Origin: Candidatus Omnitrophota bacterium
Lineage (GTDB): Bacteria; Omnitrophota; Gorgyraeia; Tantalellales; Tantalellaceae
NCBI GenBank assembly: GCA_018813285.1
Contig: JAHJBY010000033.1
Span: 69,157 to 133,156, forward strand
Length of the DNA stretch: 64,000 nucleotides
Reading direction: 5' to 3'
Shown: positions 9,733-19,122 of the stretch, one piece after another
Layout: each line of letters starts with the position of its first letter
Numbering within the stretch: position 1 is the stretch's first letter
The notes under the pieces: generated by a model
The model's database searches: none
What the model was told of the DNA's origin: nothing
Seen by the model: only the letters and a program-made list of their open reading frames with translations
Program-made: the position numbers and the translations under genes

Positions 9733-11184
9733 TCAATATCCCCTCTCCCGGAGCGCCCGTCCGGCAACCTCACGATCATCAAAATGAACCGTCCGATCCC
9801 CAATGATCTGGTAATCTTCATGCCCTTTACCGGCAATAATCACCGCGTCACCGGGCCCGGCCATCGCGACAGCCAAAAAAATAGCGTCACGTCGCAATTT
9901 TATTATACTATGGTTGCCCCTCGCAATCACTCCCTTTTCTATCTGTCGTAAGATCTCATCGGGGCTCTCGCTTCGTGGATTATCGCTTGTCAGTATCACG
10001 TGATCCGCGAACCTGGACGCAATTTCCCCCATTACCGGTCTTTTCGACCGATCACGATCGCCGCCGCATCCAAAAACACAGATAAGCCTGTTCCTCGTCA
10101 ATCCCCTCAAACATTTCAAGACATTTTCCAAAGCGTCGGGCGTATGCGCGTAATCAACAAAAACATCAAAAGCTCCGGAATGGTCTATCCTTTCAAAACG
10201 TCCGGGTACCGGAAAAAATGTTTCGATAGCCCGGGCGATAACCGTAATATCGATATCGGATGAAAGAAGCGCGGCCGCCGCGCCAAGAATGTTGTAAACA
10301 TTATGCTTCCCGGCCAAACGGGTCACAACATGGATCGCTCCGTAATTTTCCGTTACAATGTCGAATTCCGCGCCGTAAGATGACAATTTAATATCTTCCG
10401 CCCGGATATCCCGGCTGCGGCCTACTCCAAAAGTCACCACAGACAGGATCCCGGAAGATCTGAGAACATCGGCAGCCATAGGATCATCCGCGTTAATCAC
10501 GCCAAGGCCGCCGGGCTTAAGAATACCAAATATCCCGGATTTGGCTTTGAAATACGCTTCCATGTTTTTGTGATAATCGAGATGTTCCGGCGTTATATTG
10601 GTAAACACCGCACGGTCAAGCTCAAGCCCGGAAACCCTTCTCTGCGCCAATGCGTGTGAGGATATTTCGATCACGGCGGCATTTTTGCCGCCATCGAACA
10701 TCTTGGATAAAAGACTGTTGAGTTCCATAACACCCGGAGTGGTCATGGCCGAGCGAGATCTGATATCATCTGAAACGATCGTACACACCGTGCTTACCAG
10801 ACCGCTTCGGAACCCGGCAGTCTCCAAAATATGACGCATAAGAAAAGCCGTCGTGGTCTTACCATTTGTCCCGGTAATGCCATAGGTCCGCATTTTTGAG
10901 GACGGGTCACCGTAAATATTCTTCGCGATATCCCCAATGGCTTCGACTGTGTCGGGAACGACCGTAAATTTTGCGCAGGCAGCATGAACTCCGGCCGGAA
11001 TGTGTTCACACAGGACGGCCGCCGCGCCGTTCCGAACGGCTTCCCGGATAAACGCGTGTCCGTCACGCGATGTTCCCTTTACCGCGATAAAAACGTCGCC
11101 GGATGAGACTTTGCGCGAATCTATCCTGATCCGTCCGGGATCCGATGAAACCGGTTTAAGAAATTCTTTTACACCTTTAATCAT
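9733..11184 (-). CDS. murE: UDP-MurNAc-L-Ala-D-Glu--2,6-diaminopimelate ligase
   Basis: 483 aa Mur ligase (ITGTNGKTTT, DYAHTPDAL, GGDRDRSKR). Confidence 0.88.
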   Translation of the reverse strand: MIKGVKEFLKPVSSDPGRIRIDSRKVSSGDVFIAVKGTSRDGHAFIREAVRNGAAAVLCEHIPAGVHAACAKFTVVPDTVEAIGDIAKNIYGDPSSKMRTYGITGTNGKTTTAFLMRHILETAGFRSGLVSTVCTIVSDDIRSRSAMTTPGVMELNSLLSKMFDGGKNAAVIEISSHALAQRRVSGLELDRAVFTNITPEHLDYHKNMEAYFKAKSGIFGILKPGGLGVINADDPMAADVLRSSGILSVVTFGVGRSRDIRAEDIKLSSYGAEFDIVTENYGAIHVVTRLAGKHNVYNILGAAAALLSSDIDITVIARAIETFFPVPGRFERIDHSGAFDVFVDYAHTPDALENVLKCLRGLTRNRLICVFGCGGDRDRSKRPVMGEIASRFADHVILTSDNPRSESPDEILRQIEKGVIARGNHSIIKLRRDAIFLAVAMAGPGDAVIIAGKGHEDYQIIGDRTVHFDDREVAGRALRERGY

Positions 11185-12847
11185 TCGAATTTGACTCCAG
11201 ATATTCTAATGTTTTTTCCGCTATGTTCTTGAATGTCGGCCCGGCCACTGTTCCGCCAAAATGAGACGGATGTGGATCCCTCGCGGTGACAATCATGCTT
11301 ATCCGCGCGTCCTCCTTCGGCGCGAAGCCAATAAATGTAGCGTCATATTTGTTCTTGTAATAACCACCTTCCGAGTTTACCATCTGAGCGGTTCCCGTTT
11401 TACCGCACATGACATAGATCTTAGAGCGTGCGCGGCGGCCGGTCCCTGTCTCGACTACATCGGCAAGTATGGACCGCATTTCCCGGCATGTCTCATTTGT
11501 TAACACTCTTCTCCTTACGAGAGGATGATTGGAGCGGACAACACCGCCCTCCCAGGTTGTTACGCGATCAACAATATACGGTTTCATCAAGTTACCCCCG
11601 GCAGCTATTGCACTAACCGCGCATACAAGCTGAAGCGGCGTAACCGCTATTCCCTGTCCGATAGGTATGGTAGTCATATCGCTGGGCGTCCAGCCATCCG
11701 GAGAACGGTATATGCCCGGGACCTCCCCGGCGAGATCAATGCCGTTTATCTTTCCAAATCCAAATCTCTCGATATACTCGCAGAATTTCTTCTTCCCAAG
11801 TTTGCGCGCGATCTTCACGGTCCCTATATTGCTCGATTTAGATATGACCTTATCAAAGGTTAGTTCTCCATACGGGTGATAGTCGCTCAATATCCGCCCG
11901 CCAATAGAGTAGCTTCCGTTCTCGCAATCAAACTTTTCATCAAGTGAGCATATTCCCTCGTTCAGCGCGGCGCTCGCTGTAATGATCTTGAACACGCTGC
12001 CGGGTTCAAACACACTTGCTATGGCGGTATTTTTTTTTGCCGCGGCTCGGACGTTGGCGGAATCATTAAGATCATATCCGGGATAACTTGCCATCGCGAG
12101 GATCTTCCCGGTCGAGGGTTCCATCACTATTATCGACGCGCCTTTCGCTTTGAACTTTTTGACCATAGCATCAAGTTCTTTCTCAACGATATACTGGATC
12201 ACACTGTCGATGGTAAGCACCACGTTAAAACCATTCTGGGCCGGGACAGAGCTTTTTTCATCAAACAATATCGGTTTTAACCGGGCATCCCGGACAACAT
12301 ACCTGAGGCCGGGTTTACCCCGCAGTTTACTGTCATAAAAAAGCTCGATACCCTCAAGCCCCGCATTGTCGAGTCCGGCAAAACCAACAATGTGCGCCGC
12401 CATCGCGTCGTTAGGATAATAACGTTTGCTCTCATTGGTGAGATAAATACCGGGGAGTTCTAATCCCTTCACTTTCGCCGCGATGGGAGGAGCCACCCGT
12501 CGTTTTACCCACACAAATGCCTTATCACGTCTGAGGCGTTCTAACAGGACCTCTTCGTCAACATCAAGAGCGCGGGATAACTGATGAGCGGTATTTTCCT
12601 TATCGTCTATCGATCGGGGATTAGCGCAGATGCTCGGCGTATCCAAATTTATCGCCAAAGGCTCGCCGAATCTATCACAGATCATTCCACGGAGAGGCTC
12701 TATTCGGTAAACAGTGTTGTGTTGTTCTTCAGCCATCTCCTTGAATTTTTCGTGGTTGAAAATCTGTAAATACATTAGCCGAAAAAAAAGGGATAAAAAA
12801 ACCGCTGATAGAACAATAAAAACCGCGTATTGTCGTCGCCTGAACAT
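11177..12847 (-). CDS. ftsI: Penicillin-binding protein, division transpeptidase (FtsI/PBP3 class)
   Basis: 556 aa, N-terminal TM, PBP dimerisation plus transpeptidase domain (SVFK, KTGTA motifs). Located between ftsL and murE. Confidence 0.85.
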   Translation of the reverse strand: MFRRRQYAVFIVLSAVFLSLFFRLMYLQIFNHEKFKEMAEEQHNTVYRIEPLRGMICDRFGEPLAINLDTPSICANPRSIDDKENTAHQLSRALDVDEEVLLERLRRDKAFVWVKRRVAPPIAAKVKGLELPGIYLTNESKRYYPNDAMAAHIVGFAGLDNAGLEGIELFYDSKLRGKPGLRYVVRDARLKPILFDEKSSVPAQNGFNVVLTIDSVIQYIVEKELDAMVKKFKAKGASIIVMEPSTGKILAMASYPGYDLNDSANVRAAAKKNTAIASVFEPGSVFKIITASAALNEGICSLDEKFDCENGSYSIGGRILSDYHPYGELTFDKVISKSSNIGTVKIARKLGKKKFCEYIERFGFGKINGIDLAGEVPGIYRSPDGWTPSDMTTIPIGQGIAVTPLQLVCAVSAIAAGGNLMKPYIVDRVTTWEGGVVRSNHPLVRRRVLTNETCREMRSILADVVETGTGRRARSKIYVMCGKTGTAQMVNSEGGYYKNKYDATFIGFAPKEDARISMIVTARDPHPSHFGGTVAGPTFKNIAEKTLEYLESNSND

Positions 12848-12925
12848 ACTTCCTCATTGGTAAACAGGAACCGCGGATCCCCAGATGCTCTTCATGCCGG
12901 TTAAACCCCCGCGCCCGCATCCTCC

Positions 12926-13288
12926 CTACCTTCGTGATTTAGCTTCAGCTTTTTCGGTAAAAACATCCATTACCCGGCTGATGAAACCGTCCGCGTACTC
13001 TTCGTCCGCGTGGTCACGCCAAGATAACACATAGGACCCTCTCTGCTGCAAGCGCTGTCCGGCGAAAACGATCCGGCCGCTATCAAGCGAAGAGAGCAGG
13101 TTTTTGGAGGATTCCAGCTTGGAGAGATTATACATTAATTTGGAATTTTGGTCAACCAGGTGAGAAAGCTGTTTTCTGTTCTCCTCCCGGCCATACCCGG
13201 CTTTGATTATCTCGACGCGCTGGTGCACGTAACCAAAGGCAAGCGCACTGATAACAAAATATGTGAACAAACTCCTGTAAACCCTCAT
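12926..13288 (-). CDS. ftsL: Cell division protein FtsL-like (small bitopic coiled-coil protein)
   Basis: 120 aa, single N-terminal TM (LFTYFVISALAFGYV) then coiled coil. Canonical position between rsmH and ftsI. Confidence 0.6.
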   Translation of the reverse strand: MRVYRSLFTYFVISALAFGYVHQRVEIIKAGYGREENRKQLSHLVDQNSKLMYNLSKLESSKNLLSSLDSGRIVFAGQRLQQRGSYVLSWRDHADEEYADGFISRVMDVFTEKAEAKSRR

Positions 13289-14172
13289 ATTTTCTTCTCC
13301 GCCACCCGCAATTTCGCGCTGCGTGATCGCGGGTTATTCCGGATCTCATCGAAGCCGGGGCCAAGAGGCTTTTTGGTCACGATATCAAGGTGCCCTTCCT
13401 TTTTTTTATCCCTAAAAATATTCTTTACGATCCGGTCTTCCAGCGAATGGAACGATATCACACAGATCCGCGCACCGGGACGCAGGTAATCGATCGCGCC
13501 CGCCGCGCCCTCACGGACGGCCGCAAGTTCGTCGTTCACAAATATTCGCAATGCCTGGAACGTCCTCGCCGCTAGGTGCAACCTTTGATGCCGATATTTG
13601 CTTCCCACCGCTTCGTCAACTATCTTCGCGAGCTCACCAGTTGTATTGATCGCGCCGGCTTTCCTCGCGGAACAGATCCGCCTCGCCACCAGCAACGCGT
13701 GTCTTTCCTCGCCAAAATCTTTTATGATCGTTCTTAACTCATCTTGGCTGTACGTGTTCACCACATCACGCGCCGATATCCCGCCGCGTGTATCAAACCG
13801 CATATCGAGCGGCCCATCTTTCAAAAAACTAAAGCCACGGCTACCGTCATCCAGATGATAAGACGAAACTCCCAGATCAAATAACGCTCCATCAATAGTG
13901 CTAATACCACGAACGCCTAAAATATCGCGGATGTTCCGAAAGTCATCATTGACGCACGTCAAAGAGCTATTAAGTTCCTTGAATTTGGCCATGATCCTCT
14001 CCATTGCTTCGGCGTCCCGATCAACAGCTATCAATTTTCCGCTTGGTCCGATCCGCTTTAATATCTCTCCGGCATGCCCTCCCCCACCGGCTGTGGCATC
14101 AAAAATAACATCCCCGGGTTCCGGCCGCAGGTGTAACAGAACTTCTTCAAATAATACCGGGAGATGCGCCAT
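13285..14172 (-). CDS. rsmH: 16S rRNA (cytosine1402-N4)-methyltransferase
   Basis: ORF 13285..14238; probable start at MAHLPVLFEEVLL (ATG about 14170-14172). SAM-binding DATAGGGGHA motif. Confidence 0.88.
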   Translation of the reverse strand: MAHLPVLFEEVLLHLRPEPGDVIFDATAGGGGHAGEILKRIGPSGKLIAVDRDAEAMERIMAKFKELNSSLTCVNDDFRNIRDILGVRGISTIDGALFDLGVSSYHLDDGSRGFSFLKDGPLDMRFDTRGGISARDVVNTYSQDELRTIIKDFGEERHALLVARRICSARKAGAINTTGELAKIVDEAVGSKYRHQRLHLAARTFQALRIFVNDELAAVREGAAGAIDYLRPGARICVISFHSLEDRIVKNIFRDKKKEGHLDIVTKKPLGPGFDEIRNNPRSRSAKLRVAEKKI

Positions 14173-14176
14173 TTTT

Positions 14177-14371
14177 TTAAGAACAATTTTTGATGCGATA
14201 CTGTTTCTTTTCTTCTTCACCCACCGATGCCAACACATACCGCTCTACACCAAGACGCGAGATCCCGGCCGGCAAAGCCCTTGCCTTTCTCACGCGCTCC
14301 ACCATGTTCACGCAATTTATGAATTCCACTTGCTTCTTATTAAATTTAACAGCGCATCGTCTATACATCAT
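14177..14371 (-). CDS. Small hypothetical protein (about 64 aa) between mraZ and rsmH
   Basis: ORF in track (14177..14389). An in-frame ATGATG start is preceded by GGAGGGATA, directly after the mraZ stop. Its TAA stop lies 4 nt before the rsmH ATG. No recognisable domain. Confidence 0.3.
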   Translation of the reverse strand: MMYRRCAVKFNKKQVEFINCVNMVERVRKARALPAGISRLGVERYVLASVGEEEKKQYRIKNCS

Positions 14372-14381
14372 TATCCCTCCC

Positions 14382-14855
14382 TTACTCAAGATCCATTAAA
14401 TTTTCCGCTATCTCCTCGTATTTTTCTCTGGACGCGCCGTAGAACTTCTCCCACTTGCCGATATCCCATATTTCAATACGGTCAGCTACACCCAGTATTT
14501 TTATGTCACGTGTAAGATCCGCGTATTCCTTAAGATAATCCGGGATGAGGATCCTCCACTGTCTGTCGGGCTCTACTTCTTGAGCGCCGCCAAAAAATTG
14601 ACGCGTAAATTTTCTTACTTCACTCTTCGTGAACGGCATCGCTTTGAACTTCTGTTCCTGGATCTTCCATTGACTTTCCGGGAACATGAAAAGACATTTA
14701 TCCAAACCTCGTGTGACATACAGCTTCTCTATGCCCTTTTCCCGCAGGGTTTCGCGGAATTTTGAGGGTATGATAACTCGATTCTTCCTATCTATCGTAT
14801 GTGAGTATTCGCCGTAAAACACTCCACTTTCCTCCATTTTAAACCACTTTAGCAA
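14382..14855 (-). CDS. mraZ: Transcriptional regulator MraZ
   Basis: 157 aa; tandem MraZ/SpoVT-AbrB-like halves (GEYSHTIDRKNRVIIPSKFRE ... RILIPDYLKEYA). True start may be a few codons in (MEESGVFYGEY). Confidence 0.85.
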   Translation of the reverse strand: MLKWFKMEESGVFYGEYSHTIDRKNRVIIPSKFRETLREKGIEKLYVTRGLDKCLFMFPESQWKIQEQKFKAMPFTKSEVRKFTRQFFGGAQEVEPDRQWRILIPDYLKEYADLTRDIKILGVADRIEIWDIGKWEKFYGASREKYEEIAENLMDLE

Positions 14856-14904
14856 AGTATACCCGCTAAATACCGCTTTGTCAATGATTATGCTGGATCA
14901 GGAC

Positions 14905-15050
14905 TCCCGCAAAAAGAGGCAAGAGGCGAGAAGTGATGAGTGGATGTGTACCGCAAGACGCGAAACGACGTCTCGTCCCGCGTTACGCGTTGACTTTCGC
15001 CCTTTGTTTGTGAATGGTGAATCGTGTGGGTGGTGGATGGTGAACGCAAT
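14905..15050. repeat. Mosaic intergenic repeat element, locus A, upstream of mraZ
   Basis: Contains GAGGCAAGAGGCGAGAAG, GCAAGACGCGAAACG and a run of GTG heptads (GTGAATGGTGAATCGTGTGGGTGGTGGATGGTGAA, 15010-15044). The first two motifs recur, reverse-complemented, at 32910-32953. Confidence 0.6.
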
Positions 15051-15071
15051 AAGCGGAACGCCCAACGCGGA

Positions 15072-16319
15072 CTAAAACACGTAACTTATACCTATCCCGA
15101 CGACTTCGGCGGCGGCGGTGACTTTTGTACCCTGGCCGACTCTACTGTACAAATCACCTGCGCCACTGTCTGCCATGGCATTGAAGAAATGATGCTCCCA
15201 CGTTAGATCCACTCCCCAATTGTCGTCGATCTGGTAAGCGAGGCCCGCCGTAAGGTGATGTTCCATAATAACGCCTAAAAGCGCGTTGGCAAAAATCACT
15301 TTTTCACGAATCGGTGATTTCCCGTAATTATATCCTAAACGCAATTTCCATTTATCGTTTGGGGTGTATTCGGAACCCGCCGAAAAAACCCATTGATCTT
15401 GCCATCCGAACCCTCCCTGCTGCGGGCCGCGGTAACAAGCCTTTGTTCCCTCCCAATTGATCCACCTGGTATCATAAGTGATCTCAAGCTTTTTTATCGG
15501 TTTAAATGAAAACCCAATGGAAGCGCTGCGCGGCGCGTCAATAAGATGGAAAGACTCCTTGTACTTGTTGAAATGTGACATAAATGTTTTACTCTCGTAA
15601 GCCGCTCCGATAGAGATCATATCGTTAAACGTATAGAGTATCCCCGCTGTGAATCCGCCGCCAACAGCCATATCGATCTTTTTATGGCCCGCGGTTTCAG
15701 GATATGTTCCATTAGAAGCAGCAAATGCCATGTCTGTGCTCAACGACGAAAGCCCGATATTCGCCGCTAATCCTATGGAAAAATTATCGGTTATACCCAC
15801 AGCGATCGCGGGTGTCATCCTCGACTGAGTGAGATATATGAACCGGTCGTATTGTCCGACTCCCAACGCAGGGTTTAACCGCGGCTCCGCATATGATCCC
15901 GCAACTCCTGCCAAAGTAAAAAAACCACAACCGACAGCCACCGGATAGTCACCAATACCGGACGTCTGATAACTCAAGCCGGAATCCATACCGGGTAAAT
16001 AGTTAATCTTGCTCTTCTGTCTTTTTCCGGCGTTAGACAGGGCCCCTTCAGTATGCATGGAAACATCATGAGGCAGTAAATTAAGGTATTCCATGTCGAG
16101 GCGGTTCCCTATCCGCACAAGCCCGGCCGGGTTCTTTATCATACATGAAGTATCCGCCGCGGACGCCGTGGTCGCGCCGGCCATGGCGCCGTCACGCGCG
16201 CTGAAACCGAGCATCCGGGTGCCGTTAAGCGCCACAGCGTTTTCCGGGAACATAAATCCCAAAGCTACCGCCACAATAACGAAAAAGATCGCGCATCTAA
16301 CAATTGTGCGTGTTTTCAT
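15072..16319 (-). CDS. Outer-membrane beta-barrel transporter, FadL/TodX-like
   Basis: Signal peptide at MKTRTIVRCAIFFVIVAVALG. Alternating amphipathic strands and a C-terminal aromatic residue (ISYVF). Gly/aromatic-rich, typical of FadL-family barrels. Confidence 0.65.
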   Translation of the reverse strand: MKTRTIVRCAIFFVIVAVALGFMFPENAVALNGTRMLGFSARDGAMAGATTASAADTSCMIKNPAGLVRIGNRLDMEYLNLLPHDVSMHTEGALSNAGKRQKSKINYLPGMDSGLSYQTSGIGDYPVAVGCGFFTLAGVAGSYAEPRLNPALGVGQYDRFIYLTQSRMTPAIAVGITDNFSIGLAANIGLSSLSTDMAFAASNGTYPETAGHKKIDMAVGGGFTAGILYTFNDMISIGAAYESKTFMSHFNKYKESFHLIDAPRSASIGFSFKPIKKLEITYDTRWINWEGTKACYRGPQQGGFGWQDQWVFSAGSEYTPNDKWKLRLGYNYGKSPIREKVIFANALLGVIMEHHLTAGLAYQIDDNWGVDLTWEHHFFNAMADSGAGDLYSRVGQGTKVTAAAEVVGIGISYVF

Positions 16320-16464
16320 AGTGGTTACTCCTTTTTTTAAAAACACTATAATTATCAGTACAAAGTATAGTGCTGAAAATTTGAAAAGCAAACAAAAAAA
16401 TATATTCTCTTCCTGCCATCACGCAATATTCCTATTATTGTTTGATGGTACTCCGAATTTTGAT

Positions 16465-16491
16465 CCGTAAAATATCGCGGAGATTTTACGG
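16465..16491. promoter_or_regulatory. Palindrome CCGTAAAAT-N9-ATTTTACGG in a divergent intergenic region
   Basis: Perfect 9-bp inverted arms read directly. Lies between the OMP gene and the XRE-cupin regulator gene; candidate operator. Confidence 0.35.
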
Positions 16492-16630
16492 ATGGTTCCT
16501 GCCAAAATTTGAAGTTATTCAAAATTTTGACTGCTTCTACAACCGTGTTATTTGTATCCTTTTTGTTTTGCTAACTGAATTTGATTTTTCACAAAAAATG
16601 TTGTATAATATCTGTCATCAAGGAGGAGAC

Positions 16631-17179
16631 ATGATGAAGATCGGGGAAAAACTTCACAATATCAGAAAAGAAAAAAACATGACGCTGGAAGATCTATCAA
16701 AGAAAAGCGGTGTCGCTCTCGCGACGTTGAGCCGCATGGAAAACAACAGGATGATCGGAACACTGGACGCGCATAACCGAATATGCAAAGCGCTTTCCGC
16801 CTCTCTTGCCGATCTGTACCGCGAGATCGAAGACGCGTCCAAAACGGTGGAAACCGTTTCCGAGGTCGCGCGCATAGATCATTTTGTCCATTCAAAAAAA
16901 GTGAAGTATGAACTTCTCGTCGCGAAGACACCGGATAAAAAGATCCTCCCGTTAATGATAAAGCTGGCCGGAGGCGGCAAAACGCGTGAAGAACGAAATA
17001 AGACCGGGACGGAAAAATTTCTATACGTAATGACCGGTTCTGTAAACGCGGTCATCGGACATAAGCAGTATTCTCTGTGCCAGGGAGACTCACTTTATTT
17101 CGACGCGTCCCTATCCCATGTATTCCATAACAGGATGAAATCCGACGCTAAAGTGATATGCATCATTTCACCGGCGTAA
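16631..17179 (+). CDS. XRE-family HTH plus cupin-domain transcriptional regulator
   Basis: ORF track 16442..17179; real start at ATGATG 16631 preceded by AAGGAGGAG. N-terminal HTH (LEDLSKKSGVALATLSRMENN); C-terminal cupin-like beta region. Confidence 0.8.
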   Translation: MMKIGEKLHNIRKEKNMTLEDLSKKSGVALATLSRMENNRMIGTLDAHNRICKALSASLADLYREIEDASKTVETVSEVARIDHFVHSKKVKYELLVAKTPDKKILPLMIKLAGGGKTREERNKTGTEKFLYVMTGSVNAVIGHKQYSLCQGDSLYFDASLSHVFHNRMKSDAKVICIISPA

Positions 17180-17185
17180 GCCTCG

Positions 17186-18511
17186 CTAACCGGATCGGCT
17201 CTTTATCCTGCCTTTCCTGTGCGCCAGGAGAAAAGCACTGACTATTATAGAGTCGAACTGGGTCCCGGAGTTGTCCTTTATCATCTGCACGGCGACTTCG
17301 TCTATTTTTCTCTGTCTGTAGGGCCTGTCGCTTGTAATAGCGTCAAACGTATCCGCTACAAAGATTATACGCGCGACGAACGGTATATCATCGCCCTTTA
17401 AACCATCGGGATATCCGGCACCGTCGTATCTTTCGTGATGCGCCCGAACCTCCATCGCAATGTCACCTAACTCCCGGATCGGATTTAATATCGTAGCGCC
17501 GGTAACGCTATGTTCCTTGATCTTTTCGTATTCCTCACGTGTAAGCTGGCTTGTCTTATTCAGTATGGCATCCGGTACGCCGATCTTGCCGACGTCATGG
17601 AGAAGCGCCGCAATATGCAGGGTCTCCTTGAAATTCGGATACTCTTTCGCTTCCGGGAGTTCCTCGATCTCGTTCGCTATCGCAAGGGCGTACTGCGTAA
17701 CTCGTTCGGTATGCCCGTGTGTGTACTGATCTCTGGCATCGATGGCCGCCGCCAGAGAAATAGCGGTGTGAATGAACATCCTGTGTTCTCTCTCGTAAAG
17801 AACATGGACTTCACGGATCTTATCCTGAAGATCCTGAATAAGTTGAGTGTTGGAAAGCGCCATTGCCACGTCATTCGCAAGTGTGGTAAAAAAACTGATC
17901 TCCTGCCGCGAGAACTTTTTCTTTGAAAGTTTTTCTCCGAAAATAAAAACACCAAGCAGGTCCCGTTTGTAATAGACCGGAACGGCCACATCCCCTTTTA
18001 ACAGCTTCATCTGTTCCGCAACTTGCGGAAGCAAATCGAATGCTGTGTCATTTACGTTTTTTTTCTCGTATTTTTTCGCGATGTTAACAATGTCCGCGTG
18101 AACGATCGCTCCTGAATCCGAGATCTTATAGTTCAGCCTTTCGTGAAAAAGCCGCACCAAAGCGTTGTTCAGGGTCAGCTTAATAAACCCTACCGGGATC
18201 TTACATCCCTCGGATCCCTTACTATCAATGAGGTGATAATAACCTTTACCCTCAGAATATATCAACATGGCAATATGCGTGGTCCTCACCTGTTCATCGA
18301 TGAGCTTGACTATCATCTTTATCAGATGCTCAGGCTTCTTGAACCGTATCATGCTACGAGAAGCTTCTTCAAGAAAAACCTGGTAATCCAGTTCCGCTTC
18401 CTGCCGGTGGGCTTGCAGTTGGTTAGACATTTCCATACCGCCGCCCGGGGCGGCCTTCACCTTGTTAGCCATCCATTCCTCTATTTTCTGCCATTCACTT
18501 TTATAGCTCAT
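17186..18511 (-). CDS. HD-GYP domain phosphodiesterase with N-terminal GAF-like sensor region
   Basis: 441 aa. HD-GYP signatures: HTERVTQYA ... LLHDVGKIGVPD ... HHERYDGAGYPDGL. Confidence 0.85.
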   Translation of the reverse strand: MSYKSEWQKIEEWMANKVKAAPGGGMEMSNQLQAHRQEAELDYQVFLEEASRSMIRFKKPEHLIKMIVKLIDEQVRTTHIAMLIYSEGKGYYHLIDSKGSEGCKIPVGFIKLTLNNALVRLFHERLNYKISDSGAIVHADIVNIAKKYEKKNVNDTAFDLLPQVAEQMKLLKGDVAVPVYYKRDLLGVFIFGEKLSKKKFSRQEISFFTTLANDVAMALSNTQLIQDLQDKIREVHVLYEREHRMFIHTAISLAAAIDARDQYTHGHTERVTQYALAIANEIEELPEAKEYPNFKETLHIAALLHDVGKIGVPDAILNKTSQLTREEYEKIKEHSVTGATILNPIRELGDIAMEVRAHHERYDGAGYPDGLKGDDIPFVARIIFVADTFDAITSDRPYRQRKIDEVAVQMIKDNSGTQFDSIIVSAFLLAHRKGRIKSRSG

Positions 18512-18526
18512 ATCCGTTCCTTTTTT

Positions 18527-18901
18527 TTATGAAGATAGGCTGTGCTCCCCTGCCAGTTTCAGAACAATTTTCGCCAGCTGGCCCAGTACAAGCGGTTTCG
18601 TGATATACTCCGCGACACCGTAGGATCGGGCCTCGTCGATCTTGCCCATATCTTCCACCGCTGTGACCATGACCACTTTGCCCTGATAACACCGCTTTTT
18701 GAGCTCTTTCAAAGTCTCCATTCCATCCATAACCGGCATTTTTAGATCAAGAAGTATGATATCCGGGTTCTGCATCTCAGCAAGCACCAACGCTTCCCGT
18801 CCATTATTAGCTGTGACGACATCAAAATTCCGTTCTTTAAAAAAACTTTGCACAAAATCACAGATCTCGGTCTCATCATCCACAATCATTATCTTTATCA
18901 T
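18527..18901 (-). CDS. Single-domain response regulator (CheY-like receiver)
   Basis: 124 aa. IMIVDDE acidic pocket, DLKMP phospho-Asp region, VVMVTA, KP motif. Confidence 0.85.
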   Translation of the reverse strand: MIKIMIVDDETEICDFVQSFFKERNFDVVTANNGREALVLAEMQNPDIILLDLKMPVMDGMETLKELKKRCYQGKVVMVTAVEDMGKIDEARSYGVAEYITKPLVLGQLAKIVLKLAGEHSLSS

Positions 18902-19110
18902 CCTACGATGTCCTCCTCGACGCTATTGTCCGCTTTTTCAACAAGCTTTTCCAGCTCTTTCAAGCTCGCGACAGACTTTTCAACATAAGCATATGCCCCT
19001 TCATCCAGAAGTCGTGCTTTTGTCTCCCCCGAATCTTTAAAAGCCGTCACGATTATTACGTTGGACGCCTCATCGTCTATCGCCAGGATCTTGATCTTAT
19101 CTCTCCTCAT
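18898..19110 (-). CDS. Receiver-domain paralog with internal deletion; lacks the phospho-acceptor region
   Basis: 70 aa. KILAIDDEASNV aligns with beta1 of the downstream receiver, and IIVTAFKDSGETKARLLDEGAYAYVEK aligns with its beta4-alpha4-beta5. About 55 residues including the phospho-Asp are missing. Own AGGA RBS; ATGA overlap with the next gene. Confidence 0.45.
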   Translation of the reverse strand: MRRDKIKILAIDDEASNVIIVTAFKDSGETKARLLDEGAYAYVEKSVASLKELEKLVEKADNSVEEDIVG

Positions 19111-19122
19111 AATGTTTTTCCT

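Noticed and set aside
14878-15075. 65-aa plus-strand ORF upstream of mraZ
   Set aside because: Falls entirely within repeat locus A. The translation is dominated by repeat-derived codons. No RBS.
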